This document shows, piece by piece, positions 5,546 through 14,861 of a stretch of DNA of 64,000 nt (position 1 is its first letter; every line of letters starts with the position of its first letter). Source of the DNA: an uncultured Actinomycetes bacterium. GTDB taxonomy: Bacteria > Actinomycetota > UBA4738 > HRBIN12. Made by a program: the position numbers and the translations under genes. The notes under the pieces are model-generated. The model was not told the origin of the DNA, did not search any database, and saw nothing but the letters and a program-made list of their open reading frames with translations. The stretch spans positions 250,044 to 314,043 of the forward strand of contig CAVPIB010000004.1 of the NCBI GenBank assembly GCA_963704885.1. Direction: 5' to 3'.

Positions 5546-7786
5546 GTGCGTCCGCCGCTCTCCCTTTCCCTGCCGGTCGCGTTGGCGAGTGGGATCGTGC
5601 TGTCGACGGCCTTCCCTCCGATCGGCTGGTGGCCGGTGGCGTTCGTGGCGGTGGCGCCCCTGCTGTGGTTGCTCTCCTCGACCGGGCCTCGCCGCGGCGC
5701 CCTGCTGGGACTCGCGTTCGGCCTGGGTTTCTACGGCGTCACCCTCTACTGGATCCTGCGCTTCGGCGAGCTCGCGTTCGTAGGGCTCGTGTTGCTCTGC
5801 ATGCTCTCCACGGCACTGTTCGGATCGGTGGCCCCAGCGGTCTTCCGGCGCGAACGGCCGTTGATGACGGCGCTCGGCCTGGCCGCGCTTTGGACCCTGG
5901 TCGACTGGGTCCGCGGATCGTGGCCTCTCGGAGGGTTCACGTGGGGATCGCTCGGCGTGTCCCAGGTCGACAATCGTCTCACCGTTCGTCTGGCCACCGT
6001 TGCGGGCGTCTGGGGTGTGACGTTCGTGGTCGTGCTCGTGAACGCCCTCGTGTTGCAGGCGGTCCTCGGTGGTGGGGGAGGGGTGCGGAGGCTCGCCCGC
6101 GTCGGCATCGCCCTCATCTTGGTCGCCGTCCCCGTGCTGATCCCGTTCTCGGTTCCCCTTGGATCGGACCTGGACGTCGCGGCCCTGCAGGTGGATGTGC
6201 GTCTAGCCGCCCAGGGCTCGACCACCGACGAGGACCTAGGCGTCGCCAACCTGCACATGGCGCTCCACGCAACCCTGGCTGAGGATCCGCCGGACCTGGC
6301 CCTGTGGGGCGAGGGCGCGCTCGACCCGGGAGCCGCCAACGATCCCGGGACCCTGGACGCCGTCGGCCGCACGATAGCTGAGGTGGGTTCACCGACCATC
6401 GTCGGCTCCGTGCCGGATGACCCCGACGGGAGTCAGCACACGAGCGTCCTGGTCTTCGACGCCTCAGGGATGCAGGTCGACCGCTACGACAAGGTCCATC
6501 TGGTCCCGTTCGGGGAGTACGTGCCGTGGCGGGGATCCCTGGACTGGATGTCCGCGCTCGAGCAGATCCCCGTGGATCGAACACCTGGGGAGATGATCCG
6601 CGCGGTCTCCGATGATGGGCTCCCACCCGTCGGCACCCCGATCTGCTTCGAGAACAGCTTCCCCTCGCTCACGAGGCAGTTCGTGCGCGCGGGCGCGGAG
6701 TTCTTGGTCGTCCCCGTGAACAATGCCTCTTACGGGATGACCGCCGCCTCTGCTCAGCACCTCCAGATGAGCCGGATGCGCGCCGTGGAGACCGGCCGAT
6801 GGGTCATCAACGCCGCCGTCTCCGGCATCACGGCGTTCGTGGACCCTTCCGGGAGAGTGGTGGCCGAGGCCGGCCTGTTCGAGTCGGCCATCGTACGCCA
6901 CACCATCCGAACATCGAAGAGCACCACGCCGTACGTCGGCCTGGGGGATTGGTTGCCGTGGCTGTGCCTGGCCTTCGTGGTCGGCTCGATCCTCGTTCCG
7001 CGAACACGGGCGTCTGCACGGGGTGCGCCGGCTCCCCTCTCGCCTGATCACCGGAGAACGCTGGTGATCTTGCCGACCTACGACGAGCGGGACACCATCG
7101 AATGGGTCCTGGCGCGGCTCCTGGCGCTCCCGGAGCATGTCGACATCCTGGTGGTCGACGACTCCTCGCCCGACGGCACCGGCGAGTTGGCACAGGCCGT
7201 GGCCGCGACCGAACCACGCGTTCGACTCCGCTCGCGTCCAACCAAGTCCGGCCTGGGCAGCGCGTACCTGGCCGGTTTCAAGGTCGCCATCGATGGCGGA
7301 TACGACCTGATCGTGGAGATGGACTCCGACCTCTCGCACCAGCCGGAGGAGCTCCCTGCCCTCCTACGAGCCGCAGGCGATTCGCACGACCTCACGGTAG
7401 GCAGTCGTTACATACCCGGCGGTTCGGTTACCGACTGGAGCGCCCTCAGGGTTGGCTTGTCCCGTGCGGGCAACCGCTATGCGAGGTTCATGTTGGCGCT
7501 GCCCGCGCACGACGCCACCAGCGGGTTCCGGGTCTACCGGCGCGCCCTGCTCCAGGAGCTGGCCTCTCTGCCCCTGCACTCCGAGGGGTACGGCTTCCAG
7601 ATCGAGCTGGTGATGCGTGCCTGGCATGCCGGATGGGATATCGGCGAAGTCCCGATCACGTTCCGCGAGCGCGAGCACGGTCGCTCGAAGATCTCCCGGA
7701 GGATCGTGGCCGAGGCGCTTTGGCTCGTGACGGTCTGGGGTCTCAAGGCTCGGTTCCGTGGCTCTCCCCGCGTTCAGCAGGCCTAA
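5546..7786 (+). CDS. lnt: Fused apolipoprotein N-acyltransferase / polyprenol-phosphate mannose synthase (Lnt-Ppm1)
   Basis: Multi-TM N-terminus; nitrilase triad WGEGA, YDKVHLVPFGEYVP, ICFE; GT2 domain ILPTYDER, VVDDSSPDG, EMDSDLSH. Confidence 0.93.
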   Translation: MRPPLSLSLPVALASGIVLSTAFPPIGWWPVAFVAVAPLLWLLSSTGPRRGALLGLAFGLGFYGVTLYWILRFGELAFVGLVLLCMLSTALFGSVAPAVFRRERPLMTALGLAALWTLVDWVRGSWPLGGFTWGSLGVSQVDNRLTVRLATVAGVWGVTFVVVLVNALVLQAVLGGGGGVRRLARVGIALILVAVPVLIPFSVPLGSDLDVAALQVDVRLAAQGSTTDEDLGVANLHMALHATLAEDPPDLALWGEGALDPGAANDPGTLDAVGRTIAEVGSPTIVGSVPDDPDGSQHTSVLVFDASGMQVDRYDKVHLVPFGEYVPWRGSLDWMSALEQIPVDRTPGEMIRAVSDDGLPPVGTPICFENSFPSLTRQFVRAGAEFLVVPVNNASYGMTAASAQHLQMSRMRAVETGRWVINAAVSGITAFVDPSGRVVAEAGLFESAIVRHTIRTSKSTTPYVGLGDWLPWLCLAFVVGSILVPRTRASARGAPAPLSPDHRRTLVILPTYDERDTIEWVLARLLALPEHVDILVVDDSSPDGTGELAQAVAATEPRVRLRSRPTKSGLGSAYLAGFKVAIDGGYDLIVEMDSDLSHQPEELPALLRAAGDSHDLTVGSRYIPGGSVTDWSALRVGLSRAGNRYARFMLALPAHDATSGFRVYRRALLQELASLPLHSEGYGFQIELVMRAWHAGWDIGEVPITFREREHGRSKISRRIVAEALWLVTVWGLKARFRGSPRVQQA

Positions 7787-7812
7787 CGCCCATAATGGAT
7801 ATTATGTCACCT
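7785..7812. other. Chromosome dimer resolution site dif (XerC/XerD target)
   Basis: AACGCCCATAA-TGGATA-TTATGTCACCT vs E. coli dif GGTGCGCATAA-TGTATA-TTATGTTAAAT; AT-rich, between convergent genes at the gene-orientation switch. Confidence 0.75.
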
Positions 7813-7826
7813 TGAACAGAGAGGAC

Positions 7827-8051
7827 TCACCGTTCGTTGCCGTGGCGGTAGTCACCTGTGGCGCGGGCCAGGAGTTGCTGAACCCCCTCCGTGTCGGCCG
7901 AGCGGAGCTTCGCGGCGAGAGCCTCGGCCGCACGGCCGGCCACCGTTGTGACGGTGCGCCCGCCGCGATCGATCAGGATCCGACCGTCCTTGGTCGTGCG
8001 ATACGCGAAAGGATCCTCCGAGAGCCGCCTTGACGATCCCGATCGGCTCAT
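7827..8051 (-). CDS. Conserved-looking hypothetical protein (74 aa)
   Basis: ATGA overlap with the gcvPB stop; PFAYRTTKDGRILI...LLARATGDYRHGNER looks like a real small-protein family. Confidence 0.7.
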   Translation of the reverse strand: MSRSGSSRRLSEDPFAYRTTKDGRILIDRGGRTVTTVAGRAAEALAAKLRSADTEGVQQLLARATGDYRHGNER

Positions 8052-9550
8052 CGCGAGGCGCCGTGGCCGTCCGCGCTCCAACGCAACTTGAGGTGTCGGG
8101 CGGCCCTGGCTTCATCGAGGCGACGGACCGGTGTCGTGGTCGGAGCCTCGTGGAGCAGATCCGGATCTGTCCGCGCTTCCCAGGCAGCCTGACGGAGCGC
8201 CGCGCCGAAGGCCTCCAACGTCTCCTTCGTCTCGGTCTCGGTGGGCTCGATCATCATCGCCTCATCCACCACGAGCGGGAAGTAGACGGTAGACGGGTGG
8301 TAACCGAGGTCGATCAGGCGTTTGGCCACGTCCATCGCCCGGATGTCGGTCGTCTCCTTCAGGAGGCTCGCCGTCGCCACGAACTCGTGCATGGGACGCC
8401 CGTCGGGGAACGCGAGCGGGAACTCTTCGGCGATGAGAGCTGCCAGGTAGTTCGCGTTCAGGGCCGCAAGCTCGCTGACCGCCTTCAGGCCGTCGGCCCC
8501 GTGCAGGAACACGTAGGCGTAGGCCCGAACCAACACCGCGATGTTGCCGTTGAAGCCGTGGAGCCGTCCGATCGAGCGCGGTCGCTCGTGATCCCATCCG
8601 AACTCACCCGTCACCTCGTCCTGCTCCACGAGGGGTGAGGGAAGGAACGGGACCAGCTCCTCGACCACACCCACGGGACCGGCGCCCGGCCCTCCCCCGC
8701 CGTGAGGCGTCGCGAAGGTCTTGTGGGTATTGATGTGCACGATGTCGAACCCCATGTCGCCAGGGCGGCAGCGGCCCAAGATCGCGTTCAGGTTCGCTCC
8801 GTCGTAGTACACGAGTCCGCCAGCGGCGTGCACGAGCCGCGCGATCTCCTCGATCTCCTGCTCGAACAGCCCGAGCGTGTTCGGATTGGTGAGCATGAGT
8901 CCCGCCACCTCGTCGTCAACCAGCTTCGCGAGCGCCCGCACGTCGACCAGACCCCTGGCATCCGACGGCACCGGCAGGGCTTCGAACCCGGCCAAACGCA
9001 CACTCGCGGGGTTGGTCCCATGCGCAGAGTCGGGGATGATCACCTTCGTCCGTCCACCGCCATGCTCGGCGTGGAAGGCCCGCATGATCAACAGACCTGT
9101 CATCTCGCCGCAGGCGCCCGCCGGCGGTTGCAGCGTCGCCCGCGCCATCCCCGTGATCTCGCAGAGCGCATGCTCCAGGCGCCACAGCAGCTCCAGCGCA
9201 CCTTGAGCCGTGTGGTCGGGCTGGAGTGGATGCAGACGCTGGAACCCTGGGAGCGCCGCCACCGTCTCGGCGACCTTGGGGTTGTACTTCATGGTGCACG
9301 AGCCCAACGGATAGAACCCGGTGTCGAGTCCGTGGTTCATCTGCGACAGACGGGTGTAGTGGCGAACCAGGTCGACCTCGGACACCTCGGGGAGGCCGGG
9401 TGCGACCCGGCGTCGATCGCCCTGCGGGACGGGGATGTCGGGGACATCGAGCGGAGGAAAGCTGTAGGCCGTTCGCCCCGGCCGGGAGCGATCGGCGATC
9501 GTGCCGACCCCCTCGGCCGGTCCCTGTCGACGGATCGGCGCTCCTATCAC
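8048..9550 (-). CDS. gcvPB: Glycine dehydrogenase (decarboxylating) subunit 2
   Basis: YPLGSCTMKYNP, SAHGTNPAS, HINTHKTFATPHGGGGPG (PLP lysine), MIEPTETE. Confidence 0.96.
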   Translation of the reverse strand: MIGAPIRRQGPAEGVGTIADRSRPGRTAYSFPPLDVPDIPVPQGDRRRVAPGLPEVSEVDLVRHYTRLSQMNHGLDTGFYPLGSCTMKYNPKVAETVAALPGFQRLHPLQPDHTAQGALELLWRLEHALCEITGMARATLQPPAGACGEMTGLLIMRAFHAEHGGGRTKVIIPDSAHGTNPASVRLAGFEALPVPSDARGLVDVRALAKLVDDEVAGLMLTNPNTLGLFEQEIEEIARLVHAAGGLVYYDGANLNAILGRCRPGDMGFDIVHINTHKTFATPHGGGGPGAGPVGVVEELVPFLPSPLVEQDEVTGEFGWDHERPRSIGRLHGFNGNIAVLVRAYAYVFLHGADGLKAVSELAALNANYLAALIAEEFPLAFPDGRPMHEFVATASLLKETTDIRAMDVAKRLIDLGYHPSTVYFPLVVDEAMMIEPTETETKETLEAFGAALRQAAWEARTDPDLLHEAPTTTPVRRLDEARAARHLKLRWSADGHGASR

Positions 9551-10869
9551 GACAACACCAGTTCGAGCGCCTCGCAGAATCGGTCGATCTCGCCCTTGGA
9601 ACGGCGCTCCGTGACGGCGATCGACATCGCGTGTCCGCCAGCGTCCGCCATGGGCACGCCGCCCAGGAAGCCGTGCTCGAGCAACGCGTCGCGGACGTCG
9701 ATGGCCTTACGAGGCAGCGTGACCGTGAATTCCTTGAAGAAGGGGGCTGCCGGGAACAAGAGGTCGATGCCGTCGATCTCGGTCAGGCGCGCCGCCGCGT
9801 AGGCGGTCTTCGACGCGCACTGCCTCCCTAGCTCCGAGAGTCCGCCGGGCCCGAGCCATCCCAGGTAGATGGTTGCAGCGACCGCCATGAGCGTCTGGTT
9901 CGTGCAGATGTTCGAGTTGGCCTTCTCTCGGCGGATGTGCTGTTCGCGGGCCTGGAGGGTGAGCACGTAGCCGGTCGTGCCGTCCACGTCGATCGTCTCG
10001 CCGACGATGCGGCCAGGCATCCTCCGAACATCGTCCATCCGGGCCGCGATCAGGCCGAGGTAGGGACCACCGTAGTTGAGATGGTTGCCCAGGCCCTGAC
10101 CCTCGGCCACAGCGATGTCTGCCCCCAGCTCCCCCGGCGGGGCGAGGATCCCCAGCGAGAGCGGGTCGAACACTTGGACCGCCCGCGCTCCCCCGTCGTG
10201 CGCCAGGCCGAACAGTTCACGGACGGGCTCCAGCACCCCGTAGACGTTCGGGTGCTGGACGACCACCGCGGCCACGTCCGGCCCCACCTCAGGTGCTCCT
10301 CCCCGACCCTGCACCAACGGGAAGACCTCGGGCTCATACCCCGCTCCCCTGCCATAGGACCGGAGGGTCTCGAGCAGCCGCTGATCGACCCCTGCCGAGA
10401 CCAACACCCGTCCTCGTCCGTGTCCCCGCGCCATGTTCACGGCCTCCACCAGGGCGGTAGCCCCGTCGTAGAGCGAAGCGTTGGACACCTCGAGCGCCGT
10501 CAGCTCGCAGATCATCGATTGGAACTCGAACAGGGTCTGGAGGACGCCCTGCGAAAGCTCCGGTTGGTAAGGGGTATACGAGGTATAGAACTCCGATCGC
10601 CCCGTCAGCGCCCAAACGATGCTGGGCACGTAGTGGTCGTAAGCGCCACCTCCCGCGAAGCACACGAGGTCGTCCATGCTCCGGTCGTTGGCCGCCAGCA
10701 CGCCCATGTCGGCCACGAGCTCCATCTCGGAGATCCCGGGCTCGAGCGCGAGCGGCCGATCGAGCCGAACCCCGGCCGGGATGTCGGAGAACAACTCGTC
10801 CATGCTCACGATCCCGAGCGTGGCGAGCATCTCCCGGACGTCGTCGTCGGTGTGCGGGGTGAACCTCAC
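9547..10869 (-). CDS. gcvPA: Glycine dehydrogenase (decarboxylating) subunit 1
   Basis: FTPHTDDDVREML, YTSYTPYQPELSQG, LQAREQHIRREKANSNICTNQ; TAATAT 7 nt before GTG 10869. Confidence 0.96.
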   Translation of the reverse strand: MRFTPHTDDDVREMLATLGIVSMDELFSDIPAGVRLDRPLALEPGISEMELVADMGVLAANDRSMDDLVCFAGGGAYDHYVPSIVWALTGRSEFYTSYTPYQPELSQGVLQTLFEFQSMICELTALEVSNASLYDGATALVEAVNMARGHGRGRVLVSAGVDQRLLETLRSYGRGAGYEPEVFPLVQGRGGAPEVGPDVAAVVVQHPNVYGVLEPVRELFGLAHDGGARAVQVFDPLSLGILAPPGELGADIAVAEGQGLGNHLNYGGPYLGLIAARMDDVRRMPGRIVGETIDVDGTTGYVLTLQAREQHIRREKANSNICTNQTLMAVAATIYLGWLGPGGLSELGRQCASKTAYAAARLTEIDGIDLLFPAAPFFKEFTVTLPRKAIDVRDALLEHGFLGGVPMADAGGHAMSIAVTERRSKGEIDRFCEALELVLS

Positions 10870-10909
10870 GCCCGGAATATTACGGTCGCGGGTGCCCGGC
10901 GGCCGTTGG

Positions 10910-11281
10910 TCAGCCCGACTCGTCCTCCAGCCCGTACTTCGTGACCAAAGAGAGGTAGTCGCGCTGATAGAAGACCTTGCACCGGATCTCGGGGTAGCGC
11001 TCACGCAGTCGGCGCACCTTGCGGTTCTTCTTGGTAACGAGCTTCTGGTTGAGCGTGGTTATCTCGATGTAGAGGTCGTACGTAGGAAGATAGAAGTCGG
11101 GCGTGAACCGCTGCAGGACGTTGCCGTTCGTGTCCCAGTCGATGTCGAACGACGTCGGCTCGTACTCCCACTCGATCTCGTAGAAGTCCAGCAACTGCGC
11201 GAATTGACGTTCGCTCGCGTGGGCGAATGGGGTGCTGTCGCTCTTGCCGAGTTCGTCGGGAGCGGCGGGCTGAGCGCTCAC
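10910..11281 (-). CDS. Hypothetical protein with PD-(D/E)XK nuclease-like motif
   Basis: FAHASERQFAQLLDFYEIEWEYEP...FTPDFYLP..DLYIEITT; GTGA overlap with the upstream MerR stop; GGAGG SD. Confidence 0.7.
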   Translation of the reverse strand: MSAQPAAPDELGKSDSTPFAHASERQFAQLLDFYEIEWEYEPTSFDIDWDTNGNVLQRFTPDFYLPTYDLYIEITTLNQKLVTKKNRKVRRLRERYPEIRCKVFYQRDYLSLVTKYGLEDESG

Positions 11282-11739
11282 GACCCTCCGGCTGCCGAAC
11301 GCCCGGTCTTCCGCGTTGCCAGGGCCCCCTCGAGGTCGTCCCACACCTTGTCCAATGCGATAGCGAACACGCCCTGCCCCTTGTTGAGGAGGTCGATCAC
11401 CGCCTCAGGCGAGTGTGCCTCGTAGACCCCCTTGCCGTCGGACATCAGCGTCACCCCGTGGGTCGGGCGGTCCATCTCTTGGAGGTATTCGATCGCCTTG
11501 CGCACGCGCTGGAGCGAGATCCCGGTATCGAGCAGGTTCTTGATGACCCGCAACGAGACCAGGTCCTGGAAGGAGTACAGGCGCTGGGTCCCCGATCCGT
11601 GGGCGTCGCGGACGGATGGGGTTACCAGATCCGTTCTGGCCCAGTAATCCAACTGGCGGTAGGTGATGCCGACTATCCGGCAGACATCCGGAACGCGATA
11701 ACCCTGATCTCCGGCGACTCGGTAGCCCTGTTCGCTCAT
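11278..11739 (-). CDS. MerR family regulator (Rv1830-like)
   Basis: GYRVPDVCRIVGITYRQLDYWART...GSGTQRLYSFQDL. Confidence 0.93.
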   Translation of the reverse strand: MSEQGYRVAGDQGYRVPDVCRIVGITYRQLDYWARTDLVTPSVRDAHGSGTQRLYSFQDLVSLRVIKNLLDTGISLQRVRKAIEYLQEMDRPTHGVTLMSDGKGVYEAHSPEAVIDLLNKGQGVFAIALDKVWDDLEGALATRKTGRSAAGGS

Positions 11740-11771
11740 CACAGCTCCGTAATTACGTGGGTGTGGCGCTG

Positions 11772-11800
11772 AGCTTAGGTGGGCTCCCGGGGCCTGTCAA
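11772..11800 (-). promoter_or_regulatory. Near-consensus promoter of the Rv1830-like MerR gene
   Basis: TTGACA (11800-11795) - N17 - TAAGCT (11777-11772). Confidence 0.7.
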
Positions 11801-11904
11801 CGGGGGGACACGACCTTCCCCCGTTCGGGGCTCAAGGAGGCCATGGGAGCCGCCGATGGTCCCTAGACAGGAAGGACCACACCCGGATGTGCATAAGGGG
11901 CGAC

Positions 11905-12411
11905 ATGGGCAGCGAGCGCATACGAGATCGGCTCCATCCACGATCGGCGGTCGTCGCGACCGCGATCGCCGTCACGGTGCTCGTGGGCCTCATCCCCTCA
12001 CCCGTTCGGGCGACCCCCCGACCTGCCCCCGTCGACACGCGGAGCGAAGTCGGAGCGGAGGCCTGGCAGCTCTTCCGTGCAACCAATGCGAGCCGTGGAC
12101 GTTTCGATGTCCCCAAACTCAGACTGAACCGCGAGATGTCCCAGGTGGCACGGCGCCACAGCCTGGCGATGGCCCGTGGAGGCGAGCTGTTCCACTCCGG
12201 CGACGTAGATGTCTACCTGAACGGGATCTCGTGGCACACCTGGGGCGAGAACGTCGGCTTCACCCCTGGAGGCGTGAAGAGCATCCAGGACGCCTTCATG
12301 AAGAGCGCACCTCACCGGACCAACGTGCTGAGCCGCGCGTTCCACCGCGTGGCGATCGGGGCGGTCAGGGTGGACGGCGTGTTGTGGGTGACGGTCTTCT
12401 TCTACGGCTGA
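11905..12411 (+). CDS. Secreted CAP/SCP domain protein
   Basis: Hydrophobic signal; ATNASR..., ARRHSLAM, LFHS, WGENVG, FMKSAPHRTNVL motifs. Confidence 0.88.
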   Translation: MGSERIRDRLHPRSAVVATAIAVTVLVGLIPSPVRATPRPAPVDTRSEVGAEAWQLFRATNASRGRFDVPKLRLNREMSQVARRHSLAMARGGELFHSGDVDVYLNGISWHTWGENVGFTPGGVKSIQDAFMKSAPHRTNVLSRAFHRVAIGAVRVDGVLWVTVFFYG

Positions 12412-12438
12412 GAAAGGCCGCGATCCGTCACGCCGAGG

Positions 12439-12912
12439 CTATCCATCGAAGTCCTCCGGCTTGACGTTGTCCAGGAACTCCCTGAACTTCTCCACCTCTT
12501 CATCCTCGTCACCCGGGATCAGGATCGACGCCTCCGCCAACACGTCTTCGTGCGCGAAGATCGGGGCCGACATCCTGACCGCGAGCGCGATCGCGTCCGA
12601 CGGTCGAGATGAGACCTCGAAGCTATCCTCGCCCTTCAGGAGATGGATCGTGGCGAAGTACGTGCTTTCGCGGAGCTCCGTGACCTCGATCCGCTGCACC
12701 TCGACCGTCAGGTCCTCCAGGATCGTCTTCATCAGGTCGTGGGTCATCGGCCGCGGGGTCTGGACCCCTTGCAGCGAGAGCGCGATCGCCGCCGCCTCCG
12801 CGGCTCCGATCCAGATCGGGAGGTAGCGCTCGCCGCCCCGCTCCCGCAGCAGCACGATCGGCTGGTTCGAGGGCAGCTCCACGCGTACACCGGTCAGTTC
12901 CATCTCGATCAT
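12439..12912 (-). CDS. Bifunctional nuclease family protein (DUF151, Rv1829-like)
   Basis: PIVLLRE, LPIWIGAAEA, RPMTHDL, SSRPSDAIALA. Confidence 0.93.
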   Translation of the reverse strand: MIEMELTGVRVELPSNQPIVLLRERGGERYLPIWIGAAEAAAIALSLQGVQTPRPMTHDLMKTILEDLTVEVQRIEVTELRESTYFATIHLLKGEDSFEVSSRPSDAIALAVRMSAPIFAHEDVLAEASILIPGDEDEEVEKFREFLDNVKPEDFDG

Positions 12913-12955
12913 GGGCTCACCCGCACTGTAGAGGCGGCCTCATGGACGGGCAACC

Positions 12956-13532
12956 TCACGGCGATGTGAGCAACGGCGCGAGCACGTCGGGATCCTCACG
13001 GAGCGCTTTGAGGTCGTCGACGGCCAGGATGTCGGCCAGGTTGCGGTACCGCTCCGCGAAGTCCAGTCCGTATCCGACGACGAACCGATCGGGGCAGTCG
13101 AAGCCCGTGTAGCGAACCGAGAGCGGCGCGATACGCCGGACCGACTTGTCGAGCAGCGCACAGACCTCGAGCGAGGCGGGGGCGCGAGCGCGCAGGACCG
13201 ACATGAGGTACGAAAGCGTGAGGCCCGTGTCCACGATGTCTTCGATGAGCAGCACGTCGCGCCCGGCCAGGTCCACGTCGAGATCGAGGAGGATCTGCAC
13301 GCGGCCCAGCGATTCCTCGGCGTCCCCGTAGCGGCTTATGGCCATGAAGTGCACCTCCAGGGGGATGGGCAAGTGCACGGATCAGGTCCGCGAGGAACAC
13401 GGTTCCGCCCTTCAGGACCGAGACGAGGACGGGTTCCCGCTCCGCGTAGTCCCCGGTTATGGCGCGGCCGAGCTCCTCGACGCGGCGGCGGATGTCCTCG
13501 CGTCCGTACAGGACGCTCGCGACCTCCGTCAT
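12956..13532 (-). pseudogene. hpt: Hypoxanthine phosphoribosyltransferase with a 1-nt frameshift near 13370
   Basis: N-half (PVLVSVLKGGTVFLADLIRA) and C-half (PIPLEVHFMAISRYG, VLLIEDIVDTGLTL, FVVGYGLD) are in different frames; span 577 nt = 3n+1. Confidence 0.85.
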
Positions 13533-13583
13533 CGGCCCGGAGCCTAGCAGTCCCGACCCCAAGGATCCGGGAACCACAGCGGA

Positions 13584-14861
13584 TCAGGCCGCGACGGCGC
13601 GGAACGCGGACGTGAGCGCGTCGGCTACAGCGCCCGCGGCTCGCTCCCACCAAGGAGCATCCTCGATCGGAGGAGGAGGAGGCACCGACGACACCACGAG
13701 AGGCACACGCCCCACGGTGAGACCGGGGATGGTCACCTTGAGCGCCGCTACGCGCTCCCCCGGCGTCGGCGGGTAGGCGACGCCGGGCCGCACGATGATC
13801 TGCAGTCTCGTGGCCCCGACCGAGGCGGTGGGCACGAGCGCCTCCAGATCGCCCCCGGTCTCGACAGGGACGCTTCCTCCGGGGAGCGTCACCACGCCGG
13901 CCGGCTCGCCGGCCGACACGAACGTGTGCCGCGTGAACGCGGAGAACCCGTGGTTGAGGAGCGCGGCGGCGTCGGAGAATGCGTCGTTCGGAGCGCCGAG
14001 CACGACCGCGACCAGTCTCCGGCCGTCCCGTTCCGCGGAGGCGACGACACAGAAACCCGCTCGCGACGTGAACCCGGTCTTCACTCCCGTCGCACCCGGG
14101 TAGAGCCACAGCAGCGCGTCCCGGTTCTGGATCTGGCGATCGATGCCGTCGGGGCCTGGGATCGTGTGGAACCGTGAGGCGGCGACGGCCGAGAACCCGG
14201 CGGTCCTCATCGCGGCTCGGGTAAGGATCGCCAGGTCGCGGGCGGTGGAGAGGCCGCGGTCGTCCAGTCCGTTCGGCGAGAAGAAGCGAGTGTGACGCAT
14301 GCCCAGCCGGAGGGCGCGTGCGTTCATCCTCTTCACGAAGCGAGCTACCGATCCGTCGACGTGATCGGCGAGTGCGACGGCGGCGTCGTTGGCCGACTGG
14401 AGCAGGAGCGCGTAGAGGAGGTCTCGGACCGAGATCTGCTCCCCCTCGCGGAGCCCGAGCGCCGATATGCCCGATAGGTCGTCCTCTGCGATGACGGCGT
14501 CAGTGGCGACGGTCACGATGTCGGTCAGGTCGGCGCGCTCCAACACCAGGACCGCGGTCATGATCTTCGTGAGGCTTGCGATCGCGCGCTCGGCATCTGG
14601 GTTCTCGACGAACAACACTTGGCCGCTGTCTTGGTCTATGAGGATCGCGGACGCCGCGGAGAGCTCGGGCGTGGACAGAGCGTCGGTGGGCGTGTGCAGG
14701 ACCTGTGGGAACGGGGACAGTGAGCCGTCGGGCGGGACCGGCGTAGGCGGTGGACCGGCGGCGAGCTGCGCCCCCGCCCAGCCGCTCAGCGCGGACATCA
14801 CCGCCAGGGTGAGTAACACCATCAGGGCGGTGCGGCCCACCCTCGGCCGGCGGGGTATCAC
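13584..14861 (-). CDS. dacA: D-alanyl-D-alanine carboxypeptidase (peptidase S11)
   Basis: ASLTK (SxxK), SAND (SxN) and KTG motifs; signal peptide. Confidence 0.92.
   Translation of the reverse strand: MIPRRPRVGRTALMVLLTLAVMSALSGWAGAQLAAGPPPTPVPPDGSLSPFPQVLHTPTDALSTPELSAASAILIDQDSGQVLFVENPDAERAIASLTKIMTAVLVLERADLTDIVTVATDAVIAEDDLSGISALGLREGEQISVRDLLYALLLQSANDAAVALADHVDGSVARFVKRMNARALRLGMRHTRFFSPNGLDDRGLSTARDLAILTRAAMRTAGFSAVAASRFHTIPGPDGIDRQIQNRDALLWLYPGATGVKTGFTSRAGFCVVASAERDGRRLVAVVLGAPNDAFSDAAALLNHGFSAFTRHTFVSAGEPAGVVTLPGGSVPVETGGDLEALVPTASVGATRLQIIVRPGVAYPPTPGERVAALKVTIPGLTVGRVPLVVSSVPPPPPIEDAPWWERAAGAVADALTSAFRAVAA

Noticed and set aside
5546-7000. Nitrilase-fold domain as the partner of a DRT1-like RT
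   Set aside because: It is a typical membrane Lnt fused to Ppm1, and the adjacent amidohydrolase is a TIM-barrel enzyme, not a nitrilase.
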